Program-made: the position numbers and the translations under genes | Notes under the pieces: model-generated | What the model was told of the DNA's origin: nothing | The model's input: only the letters and a program-made list of their open reading frames with translations | Database searches by the model: none | Shown: piece by piece, positions 27,501 to 36,507 of the stretch | Layout: every line of letters begins with the position of its first letter | How positions within the stretch are numbered: position 1 is the stretch's first letter | Source of the DNA: an uncultured Methanosarcinales archaeon | GTDB lineage: Archaea > Nanobdellota > Nanobdellia > Woesearchaeales > ARS49 | Assembly: GCA_964445485.1 (NCBI GenBank) | Contig: CAYUPS010000002.1 | Span: 102,055 to 166,054, forward strand | Length of the DNA stretch: 64,000 nt | Reading direction: 5' to 3'

Positions 27501-28117
27501 TTGGTGACGCGGTCATGGTAGTCGCGCAGCTCCGTGTTGGCGCGCTTGACCTCGTCGTCTGTCGCGTCGTAGACATCGTATCCCATCTTCTTCCGCACAT
27601 AATCTGCGATGATGACCGCGACCGCCGCGGCCGTGCCTCCTGCGTTACGGATGGGACCTGCGAAGTTGACGCAGAAGTACTTTCCGCGCTTGTCCATGCG
27701 GTCTTTGAGCTCGATGCTCACGATGCCGTCGAGCGGCGATGAGACGACGCCGACCGTGACGTAGGCGAACCCTGTGCGGATGCCGATATCCATCGCTTCA
27801 TGCGGGGTCTTGAACTTGCAGTATGTCTGCTTGGCGATCTCCTCGGCGATTGCGAGCGCGACGCGCCAGTCACCGAATCCGTATTTCTTCTCCAGTTCGG
27901 CGATTCTCTCGACGACCCCTGAGCCGACGATCTGCGGGGCGAGAACGCTGATGAGACCGACGACTCGCTCGGCGAGCGTCTCTGCGGTCTGCACTTCGAC
28001 AGTGTCGACCGGGTCGAGACCTTTCTTGCGCGCGAGGGCCGCCGCCGCGTTGGCTTTTGCTGTCGCCTTGCGGATGCTGTCGAAGTATGTCTCCATCCGG
28101 GCGCTCGCGCCGATCAT
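24566..28117 (-). CDS. polC: DNA polymerase D large subunit DP2
   Basis: FAGPIRNAGGT, RRDCDGDE catalytic motif, MDAPL, C-terminal Zn finger and PIP-like QTGLGAWF. Confidence 0.97.
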   Translation of the reverse strand: MIGASARMETYFDSIRKATAKANAAAALARKKGLDPVDTVEVQTAETLAERVVGLISVLAPQIVGSGVVERIAELEKKYGFGDWRVALAIAEEIAKQTYCKFKTPHEAMDIGIRTGFAYVTVGVVSSPLDGIVSIELKDRMDKRGKYFCVNFAGPIRNAGGTAAAVAVIIADYVRKKMGYDVYDATDDEVKRANTELRDYHDRVTNLQYFPSEAEVQFLLKKLPLEVSGDPSERIEVSNFKNLPRIPTNQIRSGYCLILSSCIPLKAPKLWKQIQKWGKEFDLDQWMFLEEFLAIQKKEKAKGAGAAKKEGGAKISPDFTYIADLVAGRPVLGHPLAHGGFRLRYGRGRVSGYSGQSIHPATMALLNEYIAIGTQLKVERPGKAASMTAISTIDGPVVKLVDGSVHYIKSVKEAREVKDRVKELLYLGDVLIAYGDFANRNHPLVPAGYCQEWWAQELEKATVNLFGSLDFQKLAELVEIPSRQLETIVRNPLTTQVSASTALTLAEKAKIPLHPSFTYYWGGLTYDSFVGLVHWLRDAKITQDDDGRPCKIVLPKNDAPKRSLEILAVPHSVIGNEFVVIDGDAAQAFLASLGFPSRTLKETHEMLLRAPGVAPLDFLNSAGPLTIRDKGGTFIGARMGRPEKAKMRELTGSPHTLFPVGDEGGRLRSFQAALEKGKVESDFPVYFCASCKTNTIFRVCERCEKRTLRVKMCPQCGESANCPHPDSPGVAKPQQIDIRHHFTRILASLGMNTYPDLIKGVRGTSNKEHTPEHLAKGILRAKHDIAVNKDGTTRYDMTELPITHFKPKEVGTGVHRLRELGYTADIKGQPLTDDGQVLELMPQDVILPACDDSPDEGADRVLVRVAQFIDDLLSSFYKEQPFYRVNSAEDLIGHLVVCLAPHTSAGMVGRIIGFSKTQGFLAHPYIHAATRRDCDGDESCVLLLMDALLNFSKKYLPSSRGSTMDAPLVLTSILTPTEVDDMAFDVDISWQYPLQLYEAALRYASPAEVQIPQIKATLNTPAQFEGMGFTHDTEDLNDGIRVSAYKTLPSMEEKLKGQMDLAERIRAVKTAEVARLVIEKHFIKDLKGNLRKFSEQEFRCVGCNEKYRRPPLVGRCTKCANGKLIFTISQGSIVKYLEPTVSLAKKYNLSAYLQQSIMLLQRRIEGVFGREKEKQTGLGAWFG

Positions 28118-29625
28118 GCGTGCGCCTCCGCGGGCGCGGGTGCCTGCTCGGGCGGTTTCTTGTCATTGAAATCCAGCATGGTGATGTCTCTGGTCTGGAG
28201 GTTGATGAGCGGGAAGAATCCTGGGTTCGGCTCGTGCCCGACACGCTCCTGGAAGTCCGTCTTTGCTTGGAAGCAGCTGCCCGCGAGGACGGTCACTCCC
28301 CGGTATTCACCGACACAGGAGCGGTGGATGTGCCCGGAGAGGAAGAAGTCGGGGATGCTCTCGATGATCAGGTTATCGTGCTCTGCGTCGGGAATATAGA
28401 GCGTGCTGCCGTGCGATGGCGCGAGGTGACGGCGTTGGAGGAGGAATTTCATGATGAGTTCGACGCGGTCGGAGATGTGCCGTCCTGAGTTGCGGATGGA
28501 CTCGACAGTCTCGCCGTAGTGGTCATAGGAGTATCCGTGGTAGAGGAGGAACTCAAACCCCCCGAAATCTTTCGTCTTGTGGACAAGGACGCGTCCCGGA
28601 CTGCTGATGTGGATGATGTTCGGAAGAGAGTATACCGCTTTGGCGATGTCTTGGGGGAGCACGGGTTGCGGCTCGGAGAGGCGCAGCGCGTCGTGGTTCC
28701 CCGGGCACATGATGATGGGGAGGTGCGAAGGTATCCTCGCGAGGTATTTCGCTGCGCTTTCGTACTGGCCGTAGATGTCGGTGATGGAGAGCTCTTTGTC
28801 CTGGGAAGGATAGATGCCGACGCCGTCGACGAGGTCCCCGACCATGAATATGTATTTCACTTTTTTGGCGATATCTCTTGAGATGGGGTCGTCGCTCTGC
28901 CCGTTGATCCATCTGAGGAAGTTCTCGAATTCCTTCTCCATGAACAGCGCGGACCCGACGTGGAGGTCTGAGAGGACGAGGGCGTAAACGTCCTCGGCGC
29001 ATTTCTTCTTCTCCCGCCCGAGGGGGATGTCCGGGATGAAGAAGTTGTCCGCGAAGATGATCCCTTTGCCTAGCTGTCCCGTGATGCCTATGGTCTCATC
29101 GACGACGAGGTCCATCGCCTGGGTGTAGATGGAATTGCTCTTGGAGATGAGGACCTTGATGCGGCCGCTGCGGTCTTCCACCTCCATCATGATGTTCTCG
29201 TTCTTGGTCAGCTGTTTGTCGTGGATCATGCCTATGATGGCGACTTGGTCGCGCTCGTGCTTGCCTTGGAGGCGGCTGATGGATGTGGCGTTCGAGAGTT
29301 CCTGCCGCACTTGGAGCATCTTCTCCATCGTCTTGAAGCGGGAGACGAAGTACCCTGTGAAGTCCTCTGTCTTCCAGCTCCTGGTCTCTTTGGCATAGCT
29401 GAAGAGCACGGAGATGGGCGATGCGGGAGGCAGTGCTGCTGCGGCGGCAGCGACGGACGGGGAGGCGCCTGTTGTGAGTATGGCGCTCGCGGGAACTTTG
29501 CGCTGGACCATCCCCATGACGCTCGCACGGATTTGGGGGTCTTCGAGCGTTTTGAGGAAGTCCGGCTTGACAAGGACGCCTTGGGCCATCAAGTATTCGA
29601 CTATCTCCTTTTTCGCGGGGTCCAT
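28114..29625 (-). CDS. polB: DNA polymerase D small subunit DP1 (proofreading exonuclease)
   Basis: SDLHVGS, GDLVDG, PGNHD, YHG, GHIH. Confidence 0.96.
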   Translation of the reverse strand: MDPAKKEIVEYLMAQGVLVKPDFLKTLEDPQIRASVMGMVQRKVPASAILTTGASPSVAAAAAALPPASPISVLFSYAKETRSWKTEDFTGYFVSRFKTMEKMLQVRQELSNATSISRLQGKHERDQVAIIGMIHDKQLTKNENIMMEVEDRSGRIKVLISKSNSIYTQAMDLVVDETIGITGQLGKGIIFADNFFIPDIPLGREKKKCAEDVYALVLSDLHVGSALFMEKEFENFLRWINGQSDDPISRDIAKKVKYIFMVGDLVDGVGIYPSQDKELSITDIYGQYESAAKYLARIPSHLPIIMCPGNHDALRLSEPQPVLPQDIAKAVYSLPNIIHISSPGRVLVHKTKDFGGFEFLLYHGYSYDHYGETVESIRNSGRHISDRVELIMKFLLQRRHLAPSHGSTLYIPDAEHDNLIIESIPDFFLSGHIHRSCVGEYRGVTVLAGSCFQAKTDFQERVGHEPNPGFFPLINLQTRDITMLDFNDKKPPEQAPAPAEAHA

Positions 29626-29631
29626 TGGGAG

Positions 29632-30837
29632 TTAGATGCCGAGGGCTTCCTCCAATTTCTTGCGCACGCGGGGGAGAAGGTTTCCTTGGATCGCGAGCGT
29701 GATGTCTCGCGTGCGGCCGTACCTGCCTTTGGATGCGACTTTGGCGGAGAGGAGTCCTGTCATGTCCATCTCTGAGATGATGTCGCTGACGCGGCGCTGC
29801 GTGAGGGGGCGCTCTTTGACTCGGTTGCAGAGGCCTTCGTAGACTTCGCAGAGTTCGCCGGTGAGTATCGGCTCTTTCTTCTGCTCGGAGAGGGCTATCG
29901 CGGCGAAGAGAACGATCTGGTATTGGCGGGGGTAGGAACCGACAAGATCGAGGACGTTGTCTGTGTTGATTTTCTGCTGGGCTTCATCGAGGTGCGCCAT
30001 GAACACGCCTGCGCTGTTCTGCCGCTCGGCTAGCTCTCCTGCGACGCGCAGGAGGTTGATGGCGAGGCGCGCATCGCCGTGCTCTTTTGCGGCGAGGGCT
30101 GCGCATTTCTCGATGACTCCTTCTTGGAGTATCTTGGGCCGGAATGCTTCGCCGGCGCGCTCGCGCAGGAGGTCCTGCAGCTGCATGGCGTTGTACTTGC
30201 TGAAGAGTATGCTCTCCATGTTCAGGCTGCTGCGGGCTCGGAGGTCGAGATCTTCCATGAATCTCGCGCTGTTGGAGATTCCGACGATGCTGACTGTGGA
30301 GTTGCGCAGTTCTGTGTTGAGGCGGGTGAGGGTGTAGACGAGGTCCTGTCCTGACTTGTCGATGAGCTGGTCAATCTCATCGAGGACGAGGATGAGCATC
30401 ATCTTCTGGTTGTCGATGGCGTTGAGGAATATCTTGTAGACTTCTTCTGTTGGCAGGCCTGTGGAAGGGACGGCTTTGCCGAGTTCCTTTGCGAGCTCAG
30501 CGAAGAGGCGGTATTGTGTGTCTGCGACTTGCCGTTGCTTGCAGTTGAGGTGTATCGCTTTGAGGGGGATGCCTTTGGCTTGCGCGATTTTATCGAGCTC
30601 GTTGCAGGTGTGCTTGACGCTGAGGGTTTTGCCTGTGCCGGGGCTTCCGAAGATGAAGAGGTTGGAGGGTTTCTCGCCGCGCAGCGCGGGCGCGAGGATT
30701 TTCGCGATCTGCGAGAGCTCTTCTTCGCGGTGGACGAGCGCGGATGGAAGGTATTCTTCTTGCATCACCCGCTTGTTCTTGAACAGCAGTTCTTTGACGA
30801 GATAGGATTCGAAATAGTTGGCCAGGTTGTCCCCCAT
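29632..30837 (-). CDS. cdc6: Orc1/Cdc6 replication initiator
   Basis: GSPGTGKT, LDEID, HGDAR, winged-helix SKGRYGRTR. Confidence 0.96.
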   Translation of the reverse strand: MGDNLANYFESYLVKELLFKNKRVMQEEYLPSALVHREEELSQIAKILAPALRGEKPSNLFIFGSPGTGKTLSVKHTCNELDKIAQAKGIPLKAIHLNCKQRQVADTQYRLFAELAKELGKAVPSTGLPTEEVYKIFLNAIDNQKMMLILVLDEIDQLIDKSGQDLVYTLTRLNTELRNSTVSIVGISNSARFMEDLDLRARSSLNMESILFSKYNAMQLQDLLRERAGEAFRPKILQEGVIEKCAALAAKEHGDARLAINLLRVAGELAERQNSAGVFMAHLDEAQQKINTDNVLDLVGSYPRQYQIVLFAAIALSEQKKEPILTGELCEVYEGLCNRVKERPLTQRRVSDIISEMDMTGLLSAKVASKGRYGRTRDITLAIQGNLLPRVRKKLEEALGI

Positions 30838-30859
30838 ACATTCTCGACGCGAAATCAAG

Positions 30860-31080
30860 GTATTTAATTATTTCTGTGGTGCAAAGAGATGTTTGGTTTC
30901 GAGCATCCTCCCACCCCTTCATTTCTTGTGGAAGCGCTGTATGTATGTATGTATCTATAAGATATTTATATATATAAAATATATACTCTCTAAACAACAA
31001 ACACCAAAGAGATCCGACGCTCCATGAGAAATAAGGGGGTGAGTGTTCTGTAGCCACTCTCCAAGAGTAACAAATGGCGA
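30860..31080. other. Replication origin (oriC): ORB elements flanking an AT-rich unwinding element
   Basis: ORB-like TTCCACAAGAAATGAAGGGG (minus, within 30910-30933), CTCCATGAGAAATAAGGGGG (31020-31039) and weaker CTCCAAGAGTAACAAATGG (31059-31077); AT-rich tract 30940-30986; adjacent to cdc6. Confidence 0.85.
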
Positions 31081-31128
31081 ATCTTTTTATACACCTCGCC
31101 CATCTCGCGGCAGGAGCGCTGACGCCGC

Positions 31129-31923
31129 ATGATAGTGCAACGAGACTTTCTCAACAAGCTCAAGGACTTCGGGCTCAACAGCTACGAATCCAAACTCTGG
31201 GCCGCGCTCCTCTCCCGCGGCATTGCGACCGCAGGAGAGCTAAGCGATATCGCCAATGTCCCCCGCTCCCGCTGCTATGATGTCCTCGAATCGCTCGAGC
31301 GCAAAGGATTCGTCATGATGAAGCTCGGCAAGCCGATCAAATACCTCGCGGTCTCCCCCGCAGACGTCCTCGAGCGCGTCAAGAAGAACATCCACGAAGA
31401 GCTCCAGCGCAGGACCGAGACCATCGACGGCATGCGCGCCAGCGAACTCATCGACTCCCTCACCGCGCTCTACAAACAAGGCATCGAGGGCGTCGACCCG
31501 ACGGAATGCTCAGGCGCGATCAAAGGCCAAGCGAACGTCTACGCGCACCTCGCAGAGCACATCAAGAACGCCAAGAGCTCAGTCCTCCTCTGCACGACAG
31601 CCCAAGGCCTCTCGCGCAAAGCGGAATCACTCTACACCGCGCTCCGCAAAGCGAAGAACCGCGGCGTTGCAATCAAGATACTCGCGCCGCACACCCCCGC
31701 CGCCAAAGATGCGATAGAGTCCCTCAAGGACTGCGCGCAGCTCCAGAACGCCCCCGGCAACTCCCTCCGTTTCTGCGTCATCGACAGCAAACAGGCAACA
31801 CTCCTCGCGCTCGATGACGAGAAGGCGCACCCCCACTATGACTTCGGCATCTGGGTCAACACACCCCACTTCGCCGGCGCGATGGAGCGGCTCTTTGAGA
31901 AACTCTGGGCAGACGCCAGATAA
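31129..31923 (+). CDS. TrmB family transcriptional regulator
   Basis: FGLNSYE, VPRSRCYDVLESLERKGFV, GKPIKY. Confidence 0.9.
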   Translation: MIVQRDFLNKLKDFGLNSYESKLWAALLSRGIATAGELSDIANVPRSRCYDVLESLERKGFVMMKLGKPIKYLAVSPADVLERVKKNIHEELQRRTETIDGMRASELIDSLTALYKQGIEGVDPTECSGAIKGQANVYAHLAEHIKNAKSSVLLCTTAQGLSRKAESLYTALRKAKNRGVAIKILAPHTPAAKDAIESLKDCAQLQNAPGNSLRFCVIDSKQATLLALDDEKAHPHYDFGIWVNTPHFAGAMERLFEKLWADAR

Positions 31924-31988
31924 GCCTCCGTCGTAACCTTTTTATAGTAGCCTGCCCCCGTCCATCACAGAAAAGAGGTGTATCCAGT

Positions 31989-32186
31989 ATGGTCCAAGAC
32001 CCCATGATGGCCACAGTCCTGTTCGTATTCCTCGGCGTCCTCGCCGCGATCGTCTACTGCATGCGAGTCCTCGTCCTCATGGAGAGGCGCGTCGCCCGCA
32101 TCGAAGAGCATATCGACGGCATCGCGCACAAGATACTGGTCGAAGAGCAGAAAATCAGCCGCGCGGTCTCCAAACGCAAGCGCTAA
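31989..32186 (+). CDS. Small single-TM hypothetical protein
   Basis: SD GAGGTG and own TATA; hydrophobic N-half followed by a coiled coil. Confidence 0.75.
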   Translation: MVQDPMMATVLFVFLGVLAAIVYCMRVLVLMERRVARIEEHIDGIAHKILVEEQKISRAVSKRKR

Positions 32187-32189
32187 GAA

Positions 32190-32705
32190 TCACGCAGCGC
32201 GCGCCTTCAATTCCTTCTCGAGCTGCAGGAGCTCCGCTTCGAGCTCCTTGATCTTCTCTGCGTTGTCCTCCTCATTGAGGAGCATGCCGCACTCCGGGCA
32301 CTTGAATGAGAACTCCGTGCTCTGCTCGAAATCGAGCCGCACGCACCGGTTCTGGCAGATGAAGAAGTGGTTATTGCGCTCGCGATCAAGCCGCTCCTTG
32401 AGCTTCTCGACCTTCCGCTTCTTGAGATTGATGAGCAGGAACTTCACCTGTTTCGGCTCGAACGTCCAGTAATAGATGTACCAACCCTTCTTCTTGTCTT
32501 TCTTGCGCACAAAGCTCACGAGATTCAGGTCATACAGCCGATAGAGCATGTTGCGCGTGTGGTTGATCTCCTGCTTGATGTCCTGCGCGAGCTTGAACTC
32601 CGAGACGTTCTTCTTGTTCTTCAACGCCTTGACAAGAGGGAGTATGTCCGGACCTGCGATGTCCGTGACGACCGTCTCGACAACTTTCATCGGGGATTGC
32701 GCCAT
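32190..32705 (-). CDS. tfe: Transcription factor E alpha
   Basis: Winged helix RNMLYRL, KGWYIYYW, FKCPECG Zn ribbon. Confidence 0.92.
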   Translation of the reverse strand: MAQSPMKVVETVVTDIAGPDILPLVKALKNKKNVSEFKLAQDIKQEINHTRNMLYRLYDLNLVSFVRKKDKKKGWYIYYWTFEPKQVKFLLINLKKRKVEKLKERLDRERNNHFFICQNRCVRLDFEQSTEFSFKCPECGMLLNEEDNAEKIKELEAELLQLEKELKARAA

Positions 32706-32769
32706 GGGGATGAGATGGATGCCTCTGCGCGTAAATTTATGAGAGGGGGCTTTATCGTCGATGCGCGAC

Positions 32770-33186
32770 TTATAAACCTTTCGTTGCCCGCTCGGCGGGC
32801 GCGATGAGCTGCGAGAAATCCCTGCCGATTGCTTCCGCAAGCGAACGCACCACGACCAAGCTGCGGTCGGCTTCTTTCATCTCCTGCGGCGCCAAGAACC
32901 ACCACTGACCGCCGCTGAACCGCACCGCGATGTATGCCTGCGCGTCAAAGCGCTGCGCGAACGCGGCGAGCGCATCGACCTGCTCGCGATCCACGTATTG
33001 TGTGTCCCCTTCGCAGGACTTGCACTCAATCACGAGCCGTCGCGCCCCATCGCTCGCGATGACATCGGGCGAAGGATAACGCATGCTGCCCGACCCCGCG
33101 ACGCGCACCGCGGCCCATCCCGCCGCCTTCCAGAACGCATGGACCAATTCTCTCTCGGCAGCAGTGCCCTTGCGCTTTCGGTTCAT
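32770..33186 (-). CDS. hjc: Holliday junction resolvase Hjc
   Basis: KGTAAERELV, RVAGSG, PDVIA, IECK. Confidence 0.92.
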   Translation of the reverse strand: MNRKRKGTAAERELVHAFWKAAGWAAVRVAGSGSMRYPSPDVIASDGARRLVIECKSCEGDTQYVDREQVDALAAFAQRFDAQAYIAVRFSGGQWWFLAPQEMKEADRSLVVVRSLAEAIGRDFSQLIAPAERATKGL

Positions 33187-33265
33187 CCCCAGAAGACCCC
33201 CTCTTCGCCTAAAATACTTTGCGGCAGGCTGACCAGTGCATTTTTGCGCACCCCGGCTCATCCCC

Positions 33266-34147
33266 TCACTTTTTGCGCGCGCGGCCCAGCGCTTGCGCGG
33301 TCGCAGCCCGCAACTGAGCAGCCAGCGCAGGATCCCTGTTGATGAGCATCTGCACCTGCGCGCGCTTCTCGAATATATCCTGCGCGAGAGTTGCGGAATC
33401 AAGCATGTCGATACTCTTGGCCTGGGTGTATGTCCGTCGCAGACCCTCCGCGAGCGCTGGAGGGACAAACAGTTGAACAACATAATCCCCGAAGACGATG
33501 ACATCCGCAGTATCCGCGCATCTCGCGCCAGTCTTAACTTGCACGCCGCATGTCCTGTAGAATTTCGCGGACCACCTGTCGGCCGGCGTGTCTCCCGCGC
33601 ACAGGAGCTGGAGCGGATAGCCTTTGGAGGTCATGCTCTTGATCCAGTTGTACTCCGCGCGCATATAGAACAGCGGACGCCACTCGTGGCGATGGTGGAC
33701 GCAGATGCTCTTGCGCACGTCCAGATGGAGGAGCTGGTGCTTCATGAGATAATAGAGATATTTCTCCGCGTCGAACCACGTATCAAAAGACAGCACCGTG
33801 ACGCCGTCTCCGCCGCGGACATCGACGACTCCTTCACCCACCCTCCCGCCAGACCCCGCGGAGCTGAAGTAATTAGACTGGACGACCTCTGTGAAGTCAT
33901 GCACTTGCTTGAGCCATTTGAGATTCATCTCGTACCGCCCTTCTTTCTTGACGAGCACTCCCGCGTCGACGAGTTCATAGGCAGTCTTGTACACCGCTTG
34001 GTACGTGACGCCAGACGCGAACCTCCGCTTGATTTCGTGATGCATTTGCTTGAGGGTCAGCGGCCATGTGTAACTCAGCACCGAGACGAGGTGGTCTTTC
34101 GTGCTGGTCCCCTTGCCGAGATGGGGCAGCGTGAGCGAGAATGCCAT
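33266..34147 (-). CDS. Putative winged-helix transcriptional regulator with C-terminal effector-like domain
   Basis: WPLTLKQMHHEI..VTYQAVYK..ELVDAGVL wHTH pattern. Confidence 0.65.
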   Translation of the reverse strand: MAFSLTLPHLGKGTSTKDHLVSVLSYTWPLTLKQMHHEIKRRFASGVTYQAVYKTAYELVDAGVLVKKEGRYEMNLKWLKQVHDFTEVVQSNYFSSAGSGGRVGEGVVDVRGGDGVTVLSFDTWFDAEKYLYYLMKHQLLHLDVRKSICVHHRHEWRPLFYMRAEYNWIKSMTSKGYPLQLLCAGDTPADRWSAKFYRTCGVQVKTGARCADTADVIVFGDYVVQLFVPPALAEGLRRTYTQAKSIDMLDSATLAQDIFEKRAQVQMLINRDPALAAQLRAATAQALGRARKK

Positions 34148-34289
34148 ATCCTGTGCGGGCGAGGACGTTGTATTTATTCCTTGTGCCTCAACCAGCCACT
34201 CAAAATAAATGAACTAAATAGTTTATTGCCGGCTCAACCTCCATTTTATCACCGCGCCTGCGCCCAGCACAGCAAAAGAGGTGCATACA

Positions 34290-35351
34290 ATGATGACACT
34301 CGAGAGGCTCGTGCAGCACGGCAAGGACGCGGGCAGCATCAATGAGAGAGACGCGACAGCGCTCCGCTTCCACTCGCGCATAACCGAGTTCCTCGACAAT
34401 TTCGAGATGACCGGCATCGCGAAACTCCCCAGCCTCTGGCGCAGCAGCAACATCGTCCTGCGGATCAGCACGAGCGGCGGTGACTTCGCGTTCAAGTACA
34501 TCAACGACATCGAAGCCGCCCGCGAAGTCGACCACGTCGCGTCGCTGAGAAAATCATACATCGGCTTCCTCCCGAAAGTGTACTGCCGAGAAGGACAGGC
34601 GTACCTGATGGAATTCGTCCCCGGCGTAGACTTCTTCACCGCAGCCAAAACCGCAGACCGCAACGACATCGGCGATCTGCTGCGCCGCGGCGGCCACTCG
34701 ATCGGTGACGTCCTCAACAAATACCGTCTCGAGCGGGCCCCCGCGTCAGGCATCGCCCAAATCGGCAAGACCCTCGATCACTACAGCGCCAAGAGCGAGA
34801 AATCAGGCACGGCATCGCCAGCGATCGCGAACGCGCTGCGCGCAGGCATCCAACAATGGCGCGAACCTCTCGAGAAATACGACGGACAGACGAGCCATAA
34901 CGATCTCAACGCAGCCAATGTCATCTTCTGCCCAGACGGTGCGGCGCGCGCCATAGACCCTGAGTTCGACAGCACAGGCATCAACGATCCCGCCCGCGAC
35001 ATCGGCAGGTACGCGGCGTCGATATATTTCAACACCTATGATTATTTCGGCAACAACCCCGCCCTCGCGGAGAGACATCTGCGCTCGTTCCTCGCCGGCG
35101 TCAACGCGGCGTTCGCACGTGCAGACAGGCAGACCTGGGCCAGAACCGCATTCTACATCGGTCAGTCGGCAATCGCATTCGCGAACTTCAACGCGAAAAC
35201 CCCCGGCATCCAGCCGCAGTACTACGCCGCCGGCGCAGTCATCCTCGCTCGTCCCTGGAAAGAGCACTCTTCCGCGGACGAAGTCGCGGCCCGTGTCCAC
35301 GCAGCATTCACCGCAGCCAGAGGTTCTGACCATGCGAGCACTGCTCTTTGA
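34290..35351 (+). CDS. APH/choline kinase-like phosphotransferase
   Basis: FAFK, YLMEFVPG, HNDLNAANV, IDPE, DPARDIG. Confidence 0.8.
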   Translation: MMTLERLVQHGKDAGSINERDATALRFHSRITEFLDNFEMTGIAKLPSLWRSSNIVLRISTSGGDFAFKYINDIEAAREVDHVASLRKSYIGFLPKVYCREGQAYLMEFVPGVDFFTAAKTADRNDIGDLLRRGGHSIGDVLNKYRLERAPASGIAQIGKTLDHYSAKSEKSGTASPAIANALRAGIQQWREPLEKYDGQTSHNDLNAANVIFCPDGAARAIDPEFDSTGINDPARDIGRYAASIYFNTYDYFGNNPALAERHLRSFLAGVNAAFARADRQTWARTAFYIGQSAIAFANFNAKTPGIQPQYYAAGAVILARPWKEHSSADEVAARVHAAFTAARGSDHASTAL

Positions 35352-35940
35352 CCTCGATGAGACGCTGTACCGCTCGGCCGCCCTGCGCGCCGCGCGCGAC
35401 CAGGCGATCATCGATGCGGTCGCGGCCCGGCGCGGCATCCCCCGCGGCGAGGCGGCCGCCGCGTACGCTGCCGAGAAACAAGGCAAGCCGACAGTCGAGG
35501 CGCTGCGGTCTCTCGGCGTTCCTCTCGAGGCATTCTGGCGCGCGCTCGCGAGCGTCGACCCGCGGCCGTATGTCCCTGTCGACGGATCGTTGCGCGCCAT
35601 GCTCATCCGTCTGCGCGCAGAGCACAGGCTCGGCATACTGACCAACAGCCCCCGCGCGGCGGCCGACGGCGTGCTCGCCGCGCTCGGCGTGCGGTCGCTC
35701 TTCGATGTGGTGCTCGGCGCAGATGACGTGCCCGCTCCCAAGCCGTCGCGCGCGGCTTTTGAATTGGCGCTCGAGCGCCTCGGCAGCATGCCGCAGGACA
35801 CTGTCATGATCGGCAACAGCGTCGAGAAGGATGTGCTTCCCGCGCTCGCGCTCGGCATGCGCGCAATCAGGATAGGGCCTCCGGATGGGCGGGCGCCGGA
35901 ATCCCTCGAGAGCGTGCACCATCTGCTCTTGGCGCTCTGA
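35332..35940 (+). CDS. HAD-superfamily hydrolase
   Basis: FDLDETL, LTNS, KP, IGNSVEKDV. Confidence 0.9.
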   Translation: MRALLFDLDETLYRSAALRAARDQAIIDAVAARRGIPRGEAAAAYAAEKQGKPTVEALRSLGVPLEAFWRALASVDPRPYVPVDGSLRAMLIRLRAEHRLGILTNSPRAAADGVLAALGVRSLFDVVLGADDVPAPKPSRAAFELALERLGSMPQDTVMIGNSVEKDVLPALALGMRAIRIGPPDGRAPESLESVHHLLLAL

Positions 35941-35980
35941 AGGCAACCTTTTTAATCTCGCTGCGGGTCTGTCGGCACGA

Positions 35981-36081
35981 ACGGCCGTAGTCTAGCGGTA
36001 GGACACTGCCCTCCCAGGAAGCATCTGGACCGAGAGGCTCGGCGCAAGGCAGTTGCCCGGGTTCAAATCCCGGCGGCCGTA
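35981..36081 (+). tRNA. tRNA-Gly(CCC) with 30-nt intron at 37/38 (36017-36046)
   Basis: ACGGCCG/CGGCCGT acceptor stem; CTGCC-CTCCCA|intron|A-GGCAG; GGTTCAAATCC. Confidence 0.9.
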
Positions 36082-36082
36082 T

Positions 36083-36406
36083 ATGGAATGGTGGACAGTC
36101 CCGGCAGCGGTCATGTGCGCGGTCGGATGCAACCAGGCGCTCAAAGCGCTCATTGAAGGCGACACGAGATCGCTGCTTCGCTACGGCGGTTTTCCCAGCT
36201 CGCACGCCGCGCTCACCGCCGCGCTCACCAGCGCGATCGGGGCGCTTGAAGGGCCGAGCGGCGCGTTCTGGCTCTCTCTCGGTTTCTTTGCGCTGACATT
36301 GTATGACGCGCTCCGCCTGCGCAGGCATCACAAGCCCCGTGACATCCTCGCAGGAACCCTGATCGGCGCGGCGGCGACGGCGGCAGTACTCCTCGTCGCG
36401 CTCTGA
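36083..36406 (+). CDS. Divergent PAP2 family protein (DUF212)
   Basis: Q.LK, GGFPSSH, YDA..LRR, H.P.DILAG. Confidence 0.85.
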   Translation: MEWWTVPAAVMCAVGCNQALKALIEGDTRSLLRYGGFPSSHAALTAALTSAIGALEGPSGAFWLSLGFFALTLYDALRLRRHHKPRDILAGTLIGAAATAAVLLVAL

Positions 36407-36507
36407 ACTCCCTTTTTATGCTTTTTATGCGTACCTGCGCGTGAAAAAACCACGGCGAAAACATTAAATACTTGGTCGGTAGCGCGTTCCCATTGCTGGG
36501 TGAGAAC

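Noticed and set aside
19519..30837. Possible inteins in MCM, DP2 or Cdc6
   Set aside because: Lengths are normal, and I saw no intein splice motifs or homing endonuclease inserts.
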